From Candidatus Latescibacterota bacterium (GTDB taxonomy: Bacteria; Latescibacterota; UBA2968; SICM01), in the NCBI GenBank assembly GCA_965217865.1, contig CBDCJO010000002.1, forward strand, positions 3,744,001-3,808,000: 64,000 nucleotides of DNA. The letters are read 5' to 3'. Position numbers and translations under genes: made by a program. The notes below the pieces were generated by a model. That model worked only from the letters and a program-made list of their open reading frames with translations. It did no database searches and had not been told where the DNA came from. This document shows positions 33,410 through 43,489 of the stretch, in pieces; the first letter of the stretch is position 1; each line of letters opens with the position of its first letter.

Positions 33410-33677
33410 GTTCATAAAGTGCGAACAGCGATTCTTTCTCAAAGATTTGAAAAGGAGCTGTCTGAAATTGAACCAGATGTTGTTCGAGCCGACGAATTTG
33501 TGTTCGCATCTGATTGTGGTATTGTGTCGAAACCCAAGATCTGGTAGCAGGACAAGTCAATCATCCGTTTGGTTTTTTCCTATCTGCGAAAATTTGCCCG
33601 ACAGTCCGCCATTTGTTATCTACTATACTTTCGACGATACGAACGTGTATTTTCTTTCAATCCAAATATCTGGGTAG
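33410..33677 (+). pseudogene. Small passenger ORF, possibly RelE/ParE-fold, frameshifted
   Basis: FEKELSEIEPDVVRADEFV and VLCRNPRSG...FVIYYTFDDTNVYFLSI in adjacent frames. Confidence 0.35.
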
Positions 33678-33864
33678 TCATTTGACACATAACAAACGGT
33701 CTGTTCCCACTCAATCAGACACGTCTTGGCAGCGGCTGGATCGTGCGTTTCGGACCACTCTGGGCGTTTCGAAAGATGCACTACTGAAGGAAGAGGCTAG
33801 GTTGAAGCGATTGCACCAGAAGGCGCGGGCCAAGAAACCGGTAGTGTCTCAGTAAGTTGGGGCA

Positions 33865-34689
33865 ATGAGTATGAAACCAAAGATATTTTATGGTGATTGT
33901 CTGAATGTGATCGCGTCCGGCAAAGTCAAGCCGGTAAATCTGATTTTTACATCGCCGCCCTATGCAGACCAAAGGAAGAGCAACTATGGTGGCATCCATC
34001 CTGACAGATACGTTGATTGGTTTCTGCCAAGGGCGGAAGCATTACAGACATGTTTACAACCCGATGGCTCGTTTGTTCTTAATATCAAGGAAAAGGTTAT
34101 AAATGGCGAGCGTCACACCTATGTCATCGAACTGATATTAGCTTTGCAAAAGCAAGGATGGAGATGGGTAGATGAATATTGTTGGCATAAGAAGAACTGC
34201 TATCCTGGAAAGTGGTCGAACCGGTTTCGTGATTCATGGGAGAGGCTGTTGCATTTTACCCTCAACAAAAAATTCAAGATGCGACAGGAAGCGGTCATGG
34301 TGCCTACCGGCGACTGGAGAAAAACCCGGTTACGAAACTTATCCGATACGGACCATATCCGTGATGAATCCAAGGCTGGGAATGGCTTTGGGAAACGAAT
34401 TTCAAATTGGGTCGGTCGCGATAAGGCGTATCCGACGAACGTGCTGAATCTTGCCACGGAGTGCGGTTATAAGGGACATCCAGCGGCCTTTCCGTCATCT
34501 TTGCCTGACTGGTTCATTCGATTATTTACGGATAATGGCGATACGGTGCTTGATCCTTTTGCCGGGTCGGGCACCACGTTGGTCGCAGCTCATGGGCTGG
34601 GCCGGAACAGCATAGGGATTGATACGATAAGGGAATACTGTGATATGATGCGTGAACGATTCAAATCTTCAAGCGAGGTTATGCTTTGA
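33865..34689 (+). CDS. Beta-class N4-cytosine/N6-adenine DNA methyltransferase
   Basis: TSPPY (motif IV) precedes HPAAFP and DPFAGSGTT (motif I). Confidence 0.92.
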   Translation: MSMKPKIFYGDCLNVIASGKVKPVNLIFTSPPYADQRKSNYGGIHPDRYVDWFLPRAEALQTCLQPDGSFVLNIKEKVINGERHTYVIELILALQKQGWRWVDEYCWHKKNCYPGKWSNRFRDSWERLLHFTLNKKFKMRQEAVMVPTGDWRKTRLRNLSDTDHIRDESKAGNGFGKRISNWVGRDKAYPTNVLNLATECGYKGHPAAFPSSLPDWFIRLFTDNGDTVLDPFAGSGTTLVAAHGLGRNSIGIDTIREYCDMMRERFKSSSEVML

Positions 34690-35442
34690 AACCGGCATGG
34701 TGGTCTGAGGTAGAGCAGGATGCGGATAAGACGATAATCGGCTTTACGGACAAATTAAGGAAAAAACTTATCGAGTCTCCGGAAAAGATTATCAAACGAA
34801 AAAATCCGTTTCTGTTCCGCATCCGCATCGTTAATGATGTTGATGAATTGGCAGATATGATCCTGAATGCCTACTTGTCTTCCAGTGAAGAGACGATGTT
34901 CGGTAATATCCTGGAAGAGATCGCGGTTTCTATTTGCAAGCATGCAAAAGGAGGTCGGAAGTCGGGAATTCATAATATCGACCTGGAATACGATCAAAAT
35001 GAAATCCGAACGATTATCCAAATCAAATCGGGAATGAACTGGGGCAACTCAAGCCAACAAAAAACTTTACGGTCATCGTTTGAGACAGCTACAAAGGGTT
35101 ATTCGGCAAGGCCGGAAGCAACACGTTCGGTGTATTGAAGGCATCTGCTATGGGAAGAGCGCGATTGAAGATAAAGGCGGACACATACGGCTTGTAGGAT
35201 ATTGCTTTTGGAAAGATATTTCCGATTGGGATTATACGGCAAAGGGAGTTATGGAGATGCTGGGCAAACATGCCGATAATGGTTTACATGTGTTTCGCGA
35301 AGTAGCCCATGGGCTATTGGTAAAGTATCTTCGTTCTTCTGGTGTCGTCACCGATGGAAATATTTGTTGGAACAGATTGCTCGATCTGGTCATGAGTAGT
35401 GGCAACGTTCCTCCCTCCCTCCCCTTGAATTCCACAAAGTGA
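34686..35442 (+). pseudogene. Type II restriction endonuclease (PmeII/EcoO109I-like), frameshifted near 35095
   Basis: KNPFLFR...YLSSSEETMFGNILE...IDLE...IQIKSG.NWGNSSQ; GICYG...FWKDIS in the next frame. Confidence 0.8.
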
Positions 35443-38400
35443 TTTGTCAAGTATATTGTTGCCCTATTTTGGGTATGCAGATCTTTGCCGTACTGTTGAC
35501 AGGAGTACTTGCTTCCAGGGTAAACTCATCTTCCTGGTAATGCCATTGGGAAAAGATGGTTCCTCGTACGGTCTTATGCCAGGCTTTCGCGTATTTCAGT
35601 CCTTGGGGGACGAAAGGCTGAATGATAATTTGTTTAAATCCCGGCGTAACGGGATCAGGGCTAAAGTATGCCGGCCCTTGAATTCCCGCCAGGTCGTTGT
35701 AAAAGAAATGATCGATGGTGGTAAACATAGCCATGCTCAACCGATCGTCGTTGGTCGAATGGGCACCCCAGGATTCCCAGATCGTCGTCGCCCCCTGATC
35801 GACCATGTACCCCCAGCCGGGATAATCCAACCGACTGACCAGGTTATACATTACCTCGCCGTATCCGTATTTGTTTAAGGCCTCCATCAGCGCGGTTGTC
35901 CCGATGATGCCGGTGTGATGATGTCCGTTATACTTGGTGACGATGTTATCAACGATGTTGTTCGCTACCTCTTTTTCTTTTGTGTCAGGCGTCATGCCAA
36001 AAGTCAACGGTAAGAGGTTACAGGTTTGCGCTCCTGTGGCATATTGATTCGTTGACGGATGGAACCACATTTCGTGAAACGCCTGGTTGATATTCTGGGC
36101 CAACTCCAAATATTTAGCTGCTTCCTCGTCATACCCCAGAAGTTTCGCAACCTGGGATACGAGCCGGGCGTTGTTATAATAGAATGCCGTTTTGATGAAA
36201 GGGAAAGGCGTTTCCGGTGACATCCATTCTTCTTTACCCGGTGCCGGCCCCGGCAGCATGTGGTCGCCATAATAGCCGTATTTCAAAATAAATCCGTCGG
36301 CTTTTTCGATCAGATTCTCCAGCCATTGTTTCATGCTGGGATAATGCTCCTCGAGGATACGCTTATCCTCGTAATATTGATACACGTACCATACCGCTAT
36401 GGGGTAGTTGCCGGCCCAGGCGGGATCGCCCGTATGCCGGTTTTTAGGGGGATAATTGGGAATAATATCCGGGATTATACCGTCGGCATGCTGGGCATAT
36501 TTCGCATCGTCGAGATACTTTTGCCAGAACAAAGGCATATAAATCCGGGGATACAGGGTTCCCGGCGTGCTGCCCGGCTCGAGCCACCCCCAATGTTCCG
36601 TGTTAATACAATCCATTTGAATGCCGTACAGCTCATTCTTAATGGTTTGACGAACATTCGCATGGATCCGATTCAACAGGTCATTCGAGCAGTCGAATCC
36701 TCCCGTCATATCGACGGCGTTATAAGCCATTCTGCCGATGACATCCTGTTGCGTTAGGTTGCCAGGATAATTGTCGATTTGCACGTAACGAACGGGATGG
36801 AACGTAAATCGCGGTTCATACGCTTCACCTTTCGGATCCCCTTTCAGGATATAAATATCCCTTGACCTCCCGCCGGGAATCTCTTTCAGGAACCCATCTT
36901 CCCGAAGCAGCGGCGCATATTTGATGGTAATTTCCCTGCCCGCTTCGCCTTGAAATTGAAATTTAGCCCAACCCGCGTAAAGCGTGCCAAAATCATAAAG
37001 GTGCGTTCCCGGCGCGGGTTGGTGAACTGATACCGGTGTCAGATTGTCATTCACCTTGATCGGCGGCAATAACTGCGACATCATGATCCCACCTGGACTT
37101 TTCTGGATTGATGCCTGAGTCCAGGGGGAATCATCATAGCCGGCGCGTGCCCATCCCGGTTTTTCCTTACGGGCATCATAGACTTCGCCGCTAATTATGC
37201 TGTTATGGGCAATAGGGCTTTCCGATGTTTTCCAGCTTTCGTCGCTTTTCACAATTAAGGTTGCGCCGTCCGTAAATCGGATATGCATCTGCAACAGAAG
37301 CCGGGGAGAGGGACAATAGGCCGGGCAGAACCAGCCGTTGCCCAGCATGACGCCTACGGCATTGGCGCCTTGTTGTAGCCTGTCCGTGACATCATGGCTA
37401 ACGTAGAATATCCGTTTGCCGTAATCCGTCGTCGCCGGATCGAGCGCCCGGTCGCTCACTTTCTGACCATTGATATATAACTCGCACCAACCCAAGCCGG
37501 AAATGTAAATTCGGGCTTGTGCGATCGGCTTGTCGATAGAAAACTCTTTTCGCAGCAAAGGAGAAAACCGTGCTGAAGCGTGTCCCGTTCGAGCATGATT
37601 TTCATGACCGGAACTATCGCGAAGATCCCCCTCGAATTCCCACCAGCCCGCCAGAGCTTTATCCGGCACGGAACCGAGTTTATACATATTTGTGATTTCA
37701 TCGTTGGAAAGAGCTCTGCGATAAATCCGGACATCGTCGATGGCGCCGTCAAACAATTCCTCTCTGCCTCCGTAAGAACCAATATAAACGTCGCCTGTAC
37801 CGGTGGTTGACAACGAACCGGCTACCGCCCAGCTTCCTGCCCGCACCCCGTCAAAGTAAATCCGGATGTGAGAGCCATCGAAAGTCGTCGCAGCCAGATG
37901 CCAATTCCTGTCCGCGAGAATCGATGAATCCACGGCTGCGCTCTTTTCATAATACGTACCGTTAATGACGAATCCGCAATGCAGACCCTGTAATGGCTGT
38001 TTTTCGCCGACGGCCAGCAGCCATCGCCCCTCACTACCGTCACTTTTACGGATGATACACTGCCACTCCGGAGTATAATTCCCCTGCTTGATCCAGGCGC
38101 TGATAGTCATGGCCTCGGTCGGCTTGAACTGGTCATGATGGGGAATGTGGATAGAGGAATTTATGCCGCTGAGATCCAAAGCGTAAGTTTTCCGCTTGCT
38201 GTTTGTCAGGAACTCTCTTTCGACATATTTCACGCTGGAACCTGCACCAATCCATGTAGCCTGCCAATCGCTTTTCTGCAGCAGTCCCATTTCGAAGGTT
38301 GCCGGTTCACTCCACGCAGATGACTTGCCGTCTTTATCCCACACACGAACCTTCCAGTAACATCTTTCCCCGCTCGTTAATGTTCGCCCCGCGCAGCAAA

Positions 38401-38783
38401 TGTTCACGGATTTATCAGAAAATACTTTTCCGCTGTCCCATTTGTCGCCAATGTTAGACTGGAGTTTTTGCTCGTTGCTGGCCGCCAGAACCTGGTAGGC
38501 CGACTGCATTTCGCCTCGCCGAGAAGATTCCAACCGCCAGCTAAATCGTGGCGCAGGAGTGTCTATACCCAAGGGATTCTGAGCATATTCACAACTCAAT
38601 TCCTTGATGGTAATTGCCAGTGCTTTCATCAATGCGACCAATATCGGCGCGGCGTATGATGCCGCATTTATGTTCGAGATGCTGGAGAATGGGATTGGTC
38701 AGGCGATCTTTCTGAAGGTCTGCGACCCGTACACCAAACAGGAGGACGGCAAACGGGTGGCACAATGGGGCTGGCCGGCAACC

Positions 38784-40421
38784 TCATCGCGGCAACTGTG
38801 CCCTCAGCCAGTAGGGTAAGATTTCATCCTCATACGTGATCTCAAGCTCGACCTTGCGCACTTCACACGGCTCGGGCTTCAGATAGGCTGGAGGTTGAAT
38901 TTCGGATTGTAAGATGCGGAAGGTCAGCGTGTTGCGTCCCTTCTTCAGCAACCCGGGATCAATGACAGCTTGCCGGTGGCAATGGAGATTGTCGGATGGG
39001 TGATCCAGGACGACCAGAGGAAGCGTGAGTCCTGCTTCCCAATCCACGGTGACCTCGTGCCCGTTGACCTTCAGGACGAGGTCTCTGCGTGTCCAATCGG
39101 TCTCAGTGACGTTCAGCAACAGTCGTACGCCTACCGGCATACCCTGAGCCAGCACGGCGGGAATATCATCAACGATGTCTATATCCATGGTCACTTCTTC
39201 CGTCGGGCCCTGCTCGGGAGTCCCTAGTTCCAGAGGCAATGCCAACTGGAAGACGTAAGTTTTGTTGGCATATCGTATCCGTTCTGGATCGCCCAGTTCC
39301 CGGAAGACCTCCCAGTGTGGTTCGTAGTTCCGAGGCAAGTAGTCGTAGAACGAGATGCCGTCGGCGCCTTGCTCGTAGAGTCTGTGCGCTATAGCGCGAT
39401 GTTCCCAATGATTTGTACTGTTGGCGTGGAAGCCATCTATCCAGCCGATCTTGGCAGTGTGGCGCCGTGAGGGCTTCCCGGGCCCGGCGACCAGACGACA
39501 ATTCGTACCTTCGACCACGCGGCGCCAAGCAGAAATATCCATCTCGAAGAGGTTAGAGCTGCGGCATTGTCCTATCAAGATGTCCAGCAGGCCATCTGCA
39601 GCCCAGCTAGCCACGTCGAATCCACCTTCGTAGTATCTGGTGATACCGTCCGGTGCCTTCTCAAGGATCCTTCTCAAATCCACTTCGCCTACAACATCAA
39701 GCGGACAGATTGTGTCGTGATGATAAAACTGCGCGGAAAGGCCCAAGCGCTTGCCTTTTGCCTTGCCGACGCGGTCGAGCATGGCGCGTACATTTCGCAC
39801 GTGCTGATTCATCACTTCCCTTCCTGCAGCCTCTTCGCCCGGGTTGAAATAAGGATCGCTGCGGGAGAAGTCCAGATCCAGCCCGTCCACGTCGTAATTC
39901 TCAGCCACTTCATGTAATAAGGCCAGATTAATCTTGGCGACCTCTGGCTTATTCCAGTCATACTGTGCAGAAACTTGGCTGCGGTCATCCCACTCTTTGA
40001 GCTGAAGTTCCGGGTGCTCCTTGTAGAAGGCGGTCTGGTAGGCATCGGTGTTGAGCCCCTTATAGGTGTGGTGGGCGTCGTTCATACGGCTACTGCCCCA
40101 AGCCTGTATGCCACATTTGTGGCATTCGTCCACGAAAACGGACATTATGTCCACTCCGGCTTCTAGCCGCCGCTGTTGGGCATGACCCAGCTCCAACACT
40201 TTGGATGCCTGGGCAGCCTTTATCGTCCCCCCTATATGCCGCTGGTAGATGCCGACATGCGAGCCTTCAAGAGCCTGCACGAGCGAGCGAACCTGTCGTG
40301 CAGCCACCTCGGGAGGCGCGTCCGCCGACTGGCCCCCGTCCCAGGTTAGGATCAGGCGCTGACGCTCGCGTAAGGGAATTACTATGGACTGGCCTTTTTC
40401 TGCTTGGGTTGACATGTACAT
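38784..40421 (-). CDS. Glycoside-hydrolase-like TIM-barrel protein (GHL10-like)
   Basis: SSRMNDAHH, FYKEHPE, YDWNKPEV, NYDVDGLDLDFSR; C-terminal beta domain. Confidence 0.75.
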   Translation of the reverse strand: MYMSTQAEKGQSIVIPLRERQRLILTWDGGQSADAPPEVAARQVRSLVQALEGSHVGIYQRHIGGTIKAAQASKVLELGHAQQRRLEAGVDIMSVFVDECHKCGIQAWGSSRMNDAHHTYKGLNTDAYQTAFYKEHPELQLKEWDDRSQVSAQYDWNKPEVAKINLALLHEVAENYDVDGLDLDFSRSDPYFNPGEEAAGREVMNQHVRNVRAMLDRVGKAKGKRLGLSAQFYHHDTICPLDVVGEVDLRRILEKAPDGITRYYEGGFDVASWAADGLLDILIGQCRSSNLFEMDISAWRRVVEGTNCRLVAGPGKPSRRHTAKIGWIDGFHANSTNHWEHRAIAHRLYEQGADGISFYDYLPRNYEPHWEVFRELGDPERIRYANKTYVFQLALPLELGTPEQGPTEEVTMDIDIVDDIPAVLAQGMPVGVRLLLNVTETDWTRRDLVLKVNGHEVTVDWEAGLTLPLVVLDHPSDNLHCHRQAVIDPGLLKKGRNTLTFRILQSEIQPPAYLKPEPCEVRKVELEITYEDEILPYWLRAQLPR

Positions 40422-40520
40422 CTCCTCCTAGCCATCTCGCTGGCTGTTTGTGTTGGTTTGGCCGAGAATCTCCATAAAGGTGTCACTCCGCTGTTGCCTT
40501 CGTGAAGACTACCAGCGTGA

Positions 40521-40656
40521 CGCTAACGTTCAGGGGTTTCAGAAGTGGCCGTTCAAGACTTAAAGATAAGGGTTTACAGGAAAGGGCAAAAGAAAAACCC
40601 ACGGCCATTTTCGGGTGGGTGGAGGGTGAGGGGTGAACTGCAACCCAGTGTTATGT
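40521..40656 (-). other. Isolated attC-like site, close relative of 56691-56827
   Basis: CGCTAAC...GAAGTGGCCG...CGGCCATTTT...CTGCAACCC AGT GTTATGT. Confidence 0.75.
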
Positions 40657-40872
40657 GCCTGTGCGGCCCCTTGGGGTGGTTGGGTGGGCTTGACCCACGG
40701 TCTGACACGGACTCCAATGATTGCGATCCTGTCCGCCTGGATCACCAGTTCTGAAAACCGACTCCGCTATGCTTCGATGAAGTCTGCGCCAGAAGTCGTT
40801 AAGTGGAGGGACCCCGGCAGAATCAGATCCATAACTCGCGTCGGCTCCAAACAGTATGAGATCGGTGGTCAT

Positions 40873-43380
40873 TTACCGAAGAACGAAGGATGTCTGTTTG
40901 CTTACTCCGATCCCACTGTTCAGGTCCGTAACGGTCACCTGAAGGGTGTGGTCCCCCTTTTTCCCCTTCCTCAAGTCCAGCGCCGTGTGGATTATCTCCT
41001 GCACCTCCTCTCCCCCTAACTCGTAGGAGACGGTGATCTCGTCCTCTTTCTTGCGCCTTCCGATCAACCGTCCGAGTCCCGACAGGATGGGATTGCCGAT
41101 GCCACCCTTCAGCTTTCGCGTTGTATAATCGACCTGGTAGTGCGTCCGTCCCTGTGCGTCCCGCGTTAGATTGTAAACCTCAAAGTAGAGGAAGACATCT
41201 TTATTCCGTTTGAAGGTAAGGGAAGGCATGGGAATCACCTCCAACCCCTGTTTCACGAATTTACCTTCCTCTGTTGTGGGCTCAATCCTACGGGCGATCT
41301 CGATCCCACTCATCCGGAGGGTATCTCCCTCGTAACCCTCCACGCGGAGGCTGTCGCGGATCACCTGCATTCGTTTGGACTTCAGGTCTCTTACCTTCAC
41401 CGCCATAAAATAGTCGCCCGGCGGCAAGTTGAACGCCATCACATCCAGGATCTCCTCATCGAGCCCCGGCAGGACTTGGAGCGGTGAACGGTCGATGGAG
41501 CGGTGAACCTCTCGCCACGTCTTGTCATACACGACCAGCCACCGCTCACCGGGCCAACCCTGCTCCGTCGGAGTGATCTCTTCGACGGGCACCTCCAGGT
41601 AGATTTCCACGCGTGAGCTGTCGCTGCTTCCCCGGAAGTCCACTGTGGCCACGTGAGACGTGAGCGGCCCTGTCAGATCCTCAGGCAAGTACAACGACCG
41701 CGCCTTTGACTTTAAAGCGAGAAAGACCTGCTCGGGAGCCTCTTCGCGCACCTTGGTTCGGAGCCTCGTCATTGCTGACGATGGTTTTTGGGGGGAATAG
41801 ATCGTGGGAATCGGGGCAAAGTCATAGTTATATCCGTTGAATTCGTCGGTGAAGACGAACTCGATCCCTCCCTCGATATGAGGGTAGATCCAGCTCTCCC
41901 ACCACACAGGGGTGTTTCCACCCGCTGGTAGGATGGTGTATCCCGGCCCGTAGGCCTGCAACGGATAGACCGGACCCTGGTGGAGTCCCATGTCCGTAGT
42001 CAGATTGTTTGAAGGGATAAACTTACCAAGATTATATTTCGAAGAAAGACTGTCGACCTTTAACCTACCAGAATTACCTTTCAGAAACAAAAGGAGGTCA
42101 TTGATATCCGTTCTCATTCCGCCGTAAAGTCGGGTCGCTTGCCGCTGCCGCAAAACGGCCTGTACCTTCCGGTCCATCGCCTTTTGGAAGTCGCCCTCCC
42201 ACGACCGCTGCCGAAAGTAGGGCTCCCCGTAGCGAATATAGATCTCCCCACGCCGGTCCCACGGCGTCTGTCCCTTAGAGAACTGCGTCCTGGCCACCCA
42301 CACCCGCCGATAATGCTCCAGACGACGCCGGTTAACCCGAGATATCAGGTCTATGTCCCGTCGAGCCCAGAACTGCCGCAGAAAATCCGGGGCATCCTCC
42401 GGCTTGATGGCTCTAAATGCCTCTATCTCCTCAGGCGACCCCACCAGTGAAATGTCATCGTAGAATGCTCGCTCCTGAGGGCTGACCCGGTCCAGATATG
42501 CGCGAAACACAGCATCCGCAGGCCCCAACCGCTCCTTCTTCAGGTGTGCTTGCCCGATCAGGGGCAAGAGACGGATTTCGTGAGGCCTCTTCTTGAGGTA
42601 GGACATTAACACCCCGATCCCAGTGTCCTCCCCACCGGAGAGAAACTTGAGCTCCTCCCTTCGGACGAGGAGGTCCGGATCATCCGGATTTGCCTTCAGG
42701 CCGCGCTCACACCATTCGAGGGCTTCTTCGAGACCGTAAGGCTTCGGTTCAGCCCACTCGGAGAGGAGGAGGTAGCCCGCTATGTAACTCGGATCCGCCT
42801 TCACAAGGCGCTTCAGCTCGGATCCGGCGTTCCCCTCTCTCAGGCTGTGCAGCACCAGGGCGAGTCGATAGCGGGCATCGGACATCTTCGGGTCGCGGGC
42901 CAGGGCCTCCCGGAACCGGTCCGGGGCCTCCCGCTTCCGGGACCGGTCGCCCGCGGCCGCGACTAATCCCAGGCCAAACCAAGATGCCGCCGAATCGTCG
43001 AGGCGGCGTGCCCGATCAAACGCCTCCTCCGCTGCATCGAGCCGTCTTCCGCTCAGATAGATCGCTCCCAGCGTCCGGTGGGTGGCAGCGGCACCCTTTG
43101 CGTCACCCGATTCCGACAGCAAGGTGGCCACTTCCACCAGCGAATCCATGTTCACCGGTTGAACATCAGGTGACCCTTCACTCGAGGGTTCGACTCCTTG
43201 ACCAAAGGCCTGATGGCTCACCTTCACAGGCGGTGCGACGTTCATCAAGGAGTCGAGCTCAGCCTGTAAGGAGTCCAGAGCCACAGCTAATGAGTCCGGG
43301 GACTCAGCGCCTGCATTGGGGGCGATAAAGGCTAACCCTGTGAGGGCGAGGTTCAACGAGATGAAAAGATGAGTGATCAT
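40873..43380 (-). CDS. Exported TPR + GWxTD-type domain protein, paralog A
   Basis: Signal peptide, TPR helices, FWARRD...EHYRRVWVARTQF...WDRRGEIYIRYGEP, LYFEVYNL. Confidence 0.85.
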   Translation of the reverse strand: MITHLFISLNLALTGLAFIAPNAGAESPDSLAVALDSLQAELDSLMNVAPPVKVSHQAFGQGVEPSSEGSPDVQPVNMDSLVEVATLLSESGDAKGAAATHRTLGAIYLSGRRLDAAEEAFDRARRLDDSAASWFGLGLVAAAGDRSRKREAPDRFREALARDPKMSDARYRLALVLHSLREGNAGSELKRLVKADPSYIAGYLLLSEWAEPKPYGLEEALEWCERGLKANPDDPDLLVRREELKFLSGGEDTGIGVLMSYLKKRPHEIRLLPLIGQAHLKKERLGPADAVFRAYLDRVSPQERAFYDDISLVGSPEEIEAFRAIKPEDAPDFLRQFWARRDIDLISRVNRRRLEHYRRVWVARTQFSKGQTPWDRRGEIYIRYGEPYFRQRSWEGDFQKAMDRKVQAVLRQRQATRLYGGMRTDINDLLLFLKGNSGRLKVDSLSSKYNLGKFIPSNNLTTDMGLHQGPVYPLQAYGPGYTILPAGGNTPVWWESWIYPHIEGGIEFVFTDEFNGYNYDFAPIPTIYSPQKPSSAMTRLRTKVREEAPEQVFLALKSKARSLYLPEDLTGPLTSHVATVDFRGSSDSSRVEIYLEVPVEEITPTEQGWPGERWLVVYDKTWREVHRSIDRSPLQVLPGLDEEILDVMAFNLPPGDYFMAVKVRDLKSKRMQVIRDSLRVEGYEGDTLRMSGIEIARRIEPTTEEGKFVKQGLEVIPMPSLTFKRNKDVFLYFEVYNLTRDAQGRTHYQVDYTTRKLKGGIGNPILSGLGRLIGRRKKEDEITVSYELGGEEVQEIIHTALDLRKGKKGDHTLQVTVTDLNSGIGVSKQTSFVLR

Positions 43381-43489
43381 CGTACGATTCCGGAAATGGT
43401 AAGGATACTTGTGGTGGTCAGTGAAAATTTCGAATCCGGTTGAAGGAGATGGTGAACCAAGTTGAGAACTCGAAGAAGAGGAGTTTGCC

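Larger units (their letters stand above)
33324..35463. mobile_element. Non-autonomous IS1595-family cargo element (MIC) 2 carrying an R-M pair
   Basis: IRs GGCAATAATATACTTGACAAATC / GATTTGTCAAGTATATTGTTGCC; 8-bp TSD CTATTTTG at 33316-33323 and 35464-35471; no transposase. Confidence 0.92.
33152..38629 (-). pseudogene. GH78 alpha-L-rhamnosidase with LamG-like insert, interrupted near its 3' end
   Basis: CEYAQNPLGID.PAPRFSW, GATTIWESW; ...ICIPKIG | FKHVTITE...GSGSYRF rejoin across 33324-35463. Confidence 0.9.
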
